Shown here: positions 61,210 to 64,000 of the stretch, in pieces | Position numbering within the stretch: the stretch's first letter is position 1 | Layout: each line of letters begins with the position of its first letter | Source of the DNA: Candidatus Heimdallarchaeota archaeon | Lineage (GTDB): Archaea; Asgardarchaeota; Heimdallarchaeia; Heimdallarchaeales; Heimdallarchaeaceae | Direction: 5' to 3' | Assembly (NCBI GenBank): GCA_019894795.1 | Contig: JAGXNV010000001.1 | Coordinates: 10,996-74,995, forward strand | Length of the DNA stretch: 64,000 nt | The notes under the pieces: generated by a model | What the model was told of the DNA's origin: nothing | Databases searched by the model: none | Seen by the model: the letters and a program-made list of their open reading frames with translations, nothing else | Translations under genes and position numbers: made by a program

Positions 61210-61512
61210 ATGGATTTGAACAGAAGCATTAGAATTGCTGTAGACACTGGAAAAGTTTTCTATGGTGGAGACTCAGCTAAAAACGCTCTATTAAACAAAC
61301 AAGCAAAGTTAGTTATAATTGCAAAGAATACTCCTGATGATTTGAAAGAAGATATTACAAGATATGCATCTTTATCAGATGTACCTATCCTAGAATATTC
61401 AGGTTCGTCTCTAGATCTCGGTGGGATATGTGGTCGGCCACATTTTGTTGCTGCGCTGGCAATAGTAGAATTGGGAGATAGCGATATTTTAAAAGCTGTT
61501 GAGAAAAAATAA
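61210..61512 (+). CDS. rpl30e: 50S ribosomal protein eL30 (L30e)
   Basis: AKLVIIAKNTPDDLKEDITRYASLSDVPILEYSGSSLDLGGICGRPHFVAALAI matches the archaeal L30e pattern. Confidence 0.85.
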   Translation: MDLNRSIRIAVDTGKVFYGGDSAKNALLNKQAKLVIIAKNTPDDLKEDITRYASLSDVPILEYSGSSLDLGGICGRPHFVAALAIVELGDSDILKAVEKK

Positions 61513-61724
61513 CAGAAGGTGAATTTATTTTTTCTTTTAGATTTTCTTTGTATGATACACTTCACAAATGTCTAACTTCGAGTTTAGACGCTATAAAAGT
61601 AAGATTCTATACATCTTTAAATAGTTTTTAATACAAGGAAAAAGTAAGGATTACTAATACATTTATAAAGACCAGTAAAACAATTCAAAACAAGCAACTA
61701 CTATAATTAAGTCTTACAAAATGG

Positions 61725-62168
61725 ATGAATAATATGCCAGCAGTCAAACTATCTCAAACAGAAATGCAATTTATTACAATATTTCAAGGAATTGTTAATG
61801 TAATAATTAAGGACTGTCTAATAGACGAAGAAGATAATAAAGTTACTTTTGTAGTCTCAGAGGGACAAGCAGGTTTAGCTATCGGAAAAAGAGGAACTAA
61901 TATTAATAGATTAAAGGAGTTAATTGCAAAGGATGTAGAAATAATTGAATATTCTTTAGATCCTGCTAAATTTATTAAAAATTGTTTCTTGCCTATTGTT
62001 ACCAGAGAAGTAACCTTTTTGAATCGTAAAAATGGACGAGCAGCAACAGTTGAGGTAGACAATAGAGATAAGGGAAGAGCAATAGGGCGAAACGGCAAGA
62101 ACATTAACAAAGTCAAAAATCTAGTTTTAAGACAATTCGAAATCGTTGATGTAATGATCAAACAATGA
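61725..62168 (+). CDS. nusA: archaeal NusA-like protein (two KH domains)
   Basis: The KH GxxG motifs are IGKRGTNINRLKEL and IGRNGKNINKVKNL. The length is about 145 aa. It follows rpl30e as in the conserved operon. Confidence 0.85.
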   Translation: MNNMPAVKLSQTEMQFITIFQGIVNVIIKDCLIDEEDNKVTFVVSEGQAGLAIGKRGTNINRLKELIAKDVEIIEYSLDPAKFIKNCFLPIVTREVTFLNRKNGRAATVEVDNRDKGRAIGRNGKNINKVKNLVLRQFEIVDVMIKQ

Positions 62169-62260
62169 AACAACTACTATTTCTCTTGAAACATATTTTC
62201 ATTCTCTACTACTCAATTTTGAAGAAAAATTAAAATAAGAAGGAGAGGAGGTAAGTTTAC

Positions 62261-62665
62261 ATGACCCCATCTTCTGACGAAAGGAAATTGAAAGAATTAA
62301 TGTCAATAATTGGAAACGAGAAGTCGTTAACTGAAGCTTCAGAGAATGAAATCTTGTCTATTTTTAATTCAAGAGGGGAAAACGCTATAACAATACTCAA
62401 TGAGAAGAAGTTACGAAAATTAATTCTAGATGAAAATATAAGCATTTGGGAGGTAAAAGGTAGAAGTAAAGATTATATTATTATTGAGGATAACTTCTGT
62501 GAATGCACTGATTTTCAGTTTCGTGTGTTAAGAAAAGGACAAAAAACTTTGTGTTATCACCTTTTAGCTAAAATATTAGGTGAAAAACTTGAGTTATATG
62601 ATTCAAGCAACCTATCAAGTGATGATTACGATAAAATATTAGAAAAAAGAATAAAAACAAAATGA
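62261..62665 (+). CDS. SWIM zinc-finger protein
   Basis: CECTDFQFRVLRKGQKTLCYH matches the CxCxnCxH SWIM signature. The length is 134 aa. Confidence 0.6.
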   Translation: MTPSSDERKLKELMSIIGNEKSLTEASENEILSIFNSRGENAITILNEKKLRKLILDENISIWEVKGRSKDYIIIEDNFCECTDFQFRVLRKGQKTLCYHLLAKILGEKLELYDSSNLSSDDYDKILEKRIKTK

Positions 62666-62677
62666 AATTAGAAGATT

Positions 62678-64000
62678 TCACGCAATATCTTCTAATTCAA
62701 CATGGGGTGCAATACCTAAACTCATCAATTCTTGAAGTAATAATTTGAAAGCATAGCTTATTACAACTTTAGCTACAGTTGTTTCTTCTTTACAAATAGG
62801 GCAATGATATTTATCTCGATTTCTGTCATACATTGCTAGGAAGCCACATTTTGAACAAATGAGAGCATCGGTTTTATCAGATTCATCAAGTAATCTTTCT
62901 TTGAGTAGAATAGATGTTCCATGACCTATGAGACAATCGCGTTCCATCTCTCCAAACCTTAAACCTCCTTCTCTTGCTCTTCCTTCTGTAGGTTGTCTTG
63001 TGAGCATTTGTATTGGTCCTCTTGCTCTTGCGTGAATTTTATCTTGCACTAAATGGTGAAGTTTTTGATAGAACTGGGAGCCAACAAAGATATTACCTTC
63101 CAATCTCTTTCCTGTTTTCCCATCGTACATAACTTCTCTTCCGTATGGATACATACCTATTTCTTTTAGTGCATCATGTAAATCATCAAGCTTGGTTTTA
63201 CTGAAGGCAGTACCATATATGGCTGAACCTTGTTGAGCTGCTACTTTACCAGCAAGAAGTTCCATTAACATTCCAATAGTCATTCTTGATGGAACCGCGT
63301 GTGGATTAATTATAATATCAGGAACAATCCCCGATTCAGTGAAAGGCATGTCTTCTTGGGGAATAATCAATCCTATAACACCCTTTTGTCCATGTCTTGA
63401 AGCAAACTTATCTCCTATTTCAGGGACCCTTTCGGATCTAACCCGAACTTTTACAAGACGATTTCCTTCATTAGTGTCTGTTAATACAACAACATCTGAA
63501 ATACCCTTTTCACCATGTCTCATAGCTTTGCTAGTTTCTCTTCTATTCTGGGGTGGAACGTCAAATTCTGTGTATTCTTCCAAAAATCTAGGAGGACTTG
63601 TCCGGCCGATTAATACTTCGCCTCTACTTCCATCTACGCTAATTTCTGGTTCAATAACTCCATCTTCACCTAAATGAACATATTGAGATTCATCTTTGTA
63701 TCCTCTTACGGTATCGTCTGGAATTTCAAATGTGTCTTCTTGCCCATTAGGATATTTACGCTCTTCAGCATCATAGGTTCTAAAGAAAGTACTTCTTCCT
63801 AGTCCTCTTTCTATTGCCGCTTTATTTATTAACAAAGCATCTTCCATATTATAGCCTTCATAAGATAGGATTGAGACAATGAAATTCTGACCTGCTGGTC
63901 TACTCTCAAAATGAATAGTATCCATTCCATGGGTTTTTACTAATGGTTTTTGAGGATAGTGTAGGATGTGTGCTCTAGTATCCATTCGAAATCTGTAATT
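62678..64000 (-). CDS. rpoB: DNA-directed RNA polymerase subunit B (Rpo2), 3' part; continues beyond the window edge
   Basis: Motifs present: YPQKPLV, GYNMEDA, SRHGQKGV, FGEMERDCLIGHG. The C-terminal zinc ribbon is CSKCG...CPICK. The frame stays open upstream of the Met at 63985 (NYRFRMDTR...). Confidence 0.95.
   Translation of the reverse strand, partial: NYRFRMDTRAHILHYPQKPLVKTHGMDTIHFESRPAGQNFIVSILSYEGYNMEDALLINKAAIERGLGRSTFFRTYDAEERKYPNGQEDTFEIPDDTVRGYKDESQYVHLGEDGVIEPEISVDGSRGEVLIGRTSPPRFLEEYTEFDVPPQNRRETSKAMRHGEKGISDVVVLTDTNEGNRLVKVRVRSERVPEIGDKFASRHGQKGVIGLIIPQEDMPFTESGIVPDIIINPHAVPSRMTIGMLMELLAGKVAAQQGSAIYGTAFSKTKLDDLHDALKEIGMYPYGREVMYDGKTGKRLEGNIFVGSQFYQKLHHLVQDKIHARARGPIQMLTRQPTEGRAREGGLRFGEMERDCLIGHGTSILLKERLLDESDKTDALICSKCGFLAMYDRNRDKYHCPICKEETTVAKVVISYAFKLLLQELMSLGIAPHVELEDIA

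Noticed and set aside
63985-64000. The Met at 63985 is offered by the track as the rpoB start. This would imply a split B'/B'' gene starting here.
   Set aside because: The frame stays open to the window edge (NYRFR-MDTRAHILHYPQ). This region is internal to the conserved subunit B core, so the gene simply continues outside the window. Whether B is split elsewhere cannot be judged.

Overview
This is a clearly AT-rich, gene-dense archaeal chromosome segment. I call about 70 CDS and six tRNA genes. I see no rRNA, no CRISPR array, and no recognisable transposase or integrase.

Most of the window is information-processing genes:
- Ribosomal protein clusters: uL1-P0-P1; rpoD-eL18-uL13-uS9; uL3-uL4-uL23-uL2; uS12; eL30.
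- RNA polymerase subunits D, A', A'' and the 3' part of B.
- TFB, NusA, Orc1/Cdc6, RFC small subunit, a four-OB-fold RPA, aIF5A and TrpRS.
- Ribosome-biogenesis factors: Nog1, Nob1, a PUA-NSUN methyltransferase, RtcA and TruA.

Metabolic genes are NadE, NadK, FolD, GlyA, an ADP-dependent sugar kinase, a UbiD-family enzyme and a class I/II aminotransferase.

Several proteins look eukaryote-like: a Ras/Rab-like small GTPase next to a Roadblock protein, an OSTC/DC2-like membrane protein, and PAC2 and PAC4-like proteasome chaperones. From these I infer an Asgard (Lokiarchaeia-like) origin; this is inference, not a demonstrated assignment.

The observations most worth follow-up are:
1. An orphan four-gene cassette with its own promoter sits between rpoA'' and rps12.
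2. The canonical rpoB-rpoA'-rpoA''-rpl30e-nusA-rps12 operon is broken up.
3. A tight KaiC-like / Roadblock / FIST-like / small GTPase / small Cys-His protein operon.
4. An Epd/Tad-like type IV filament locus with a split membrane platform and a 58-aa pilin gene that the ORF track misses.
5. The OSTC-like and PAC4-like small proteins.

All family assignments come from motifs read by eye and have not been checked by any search.
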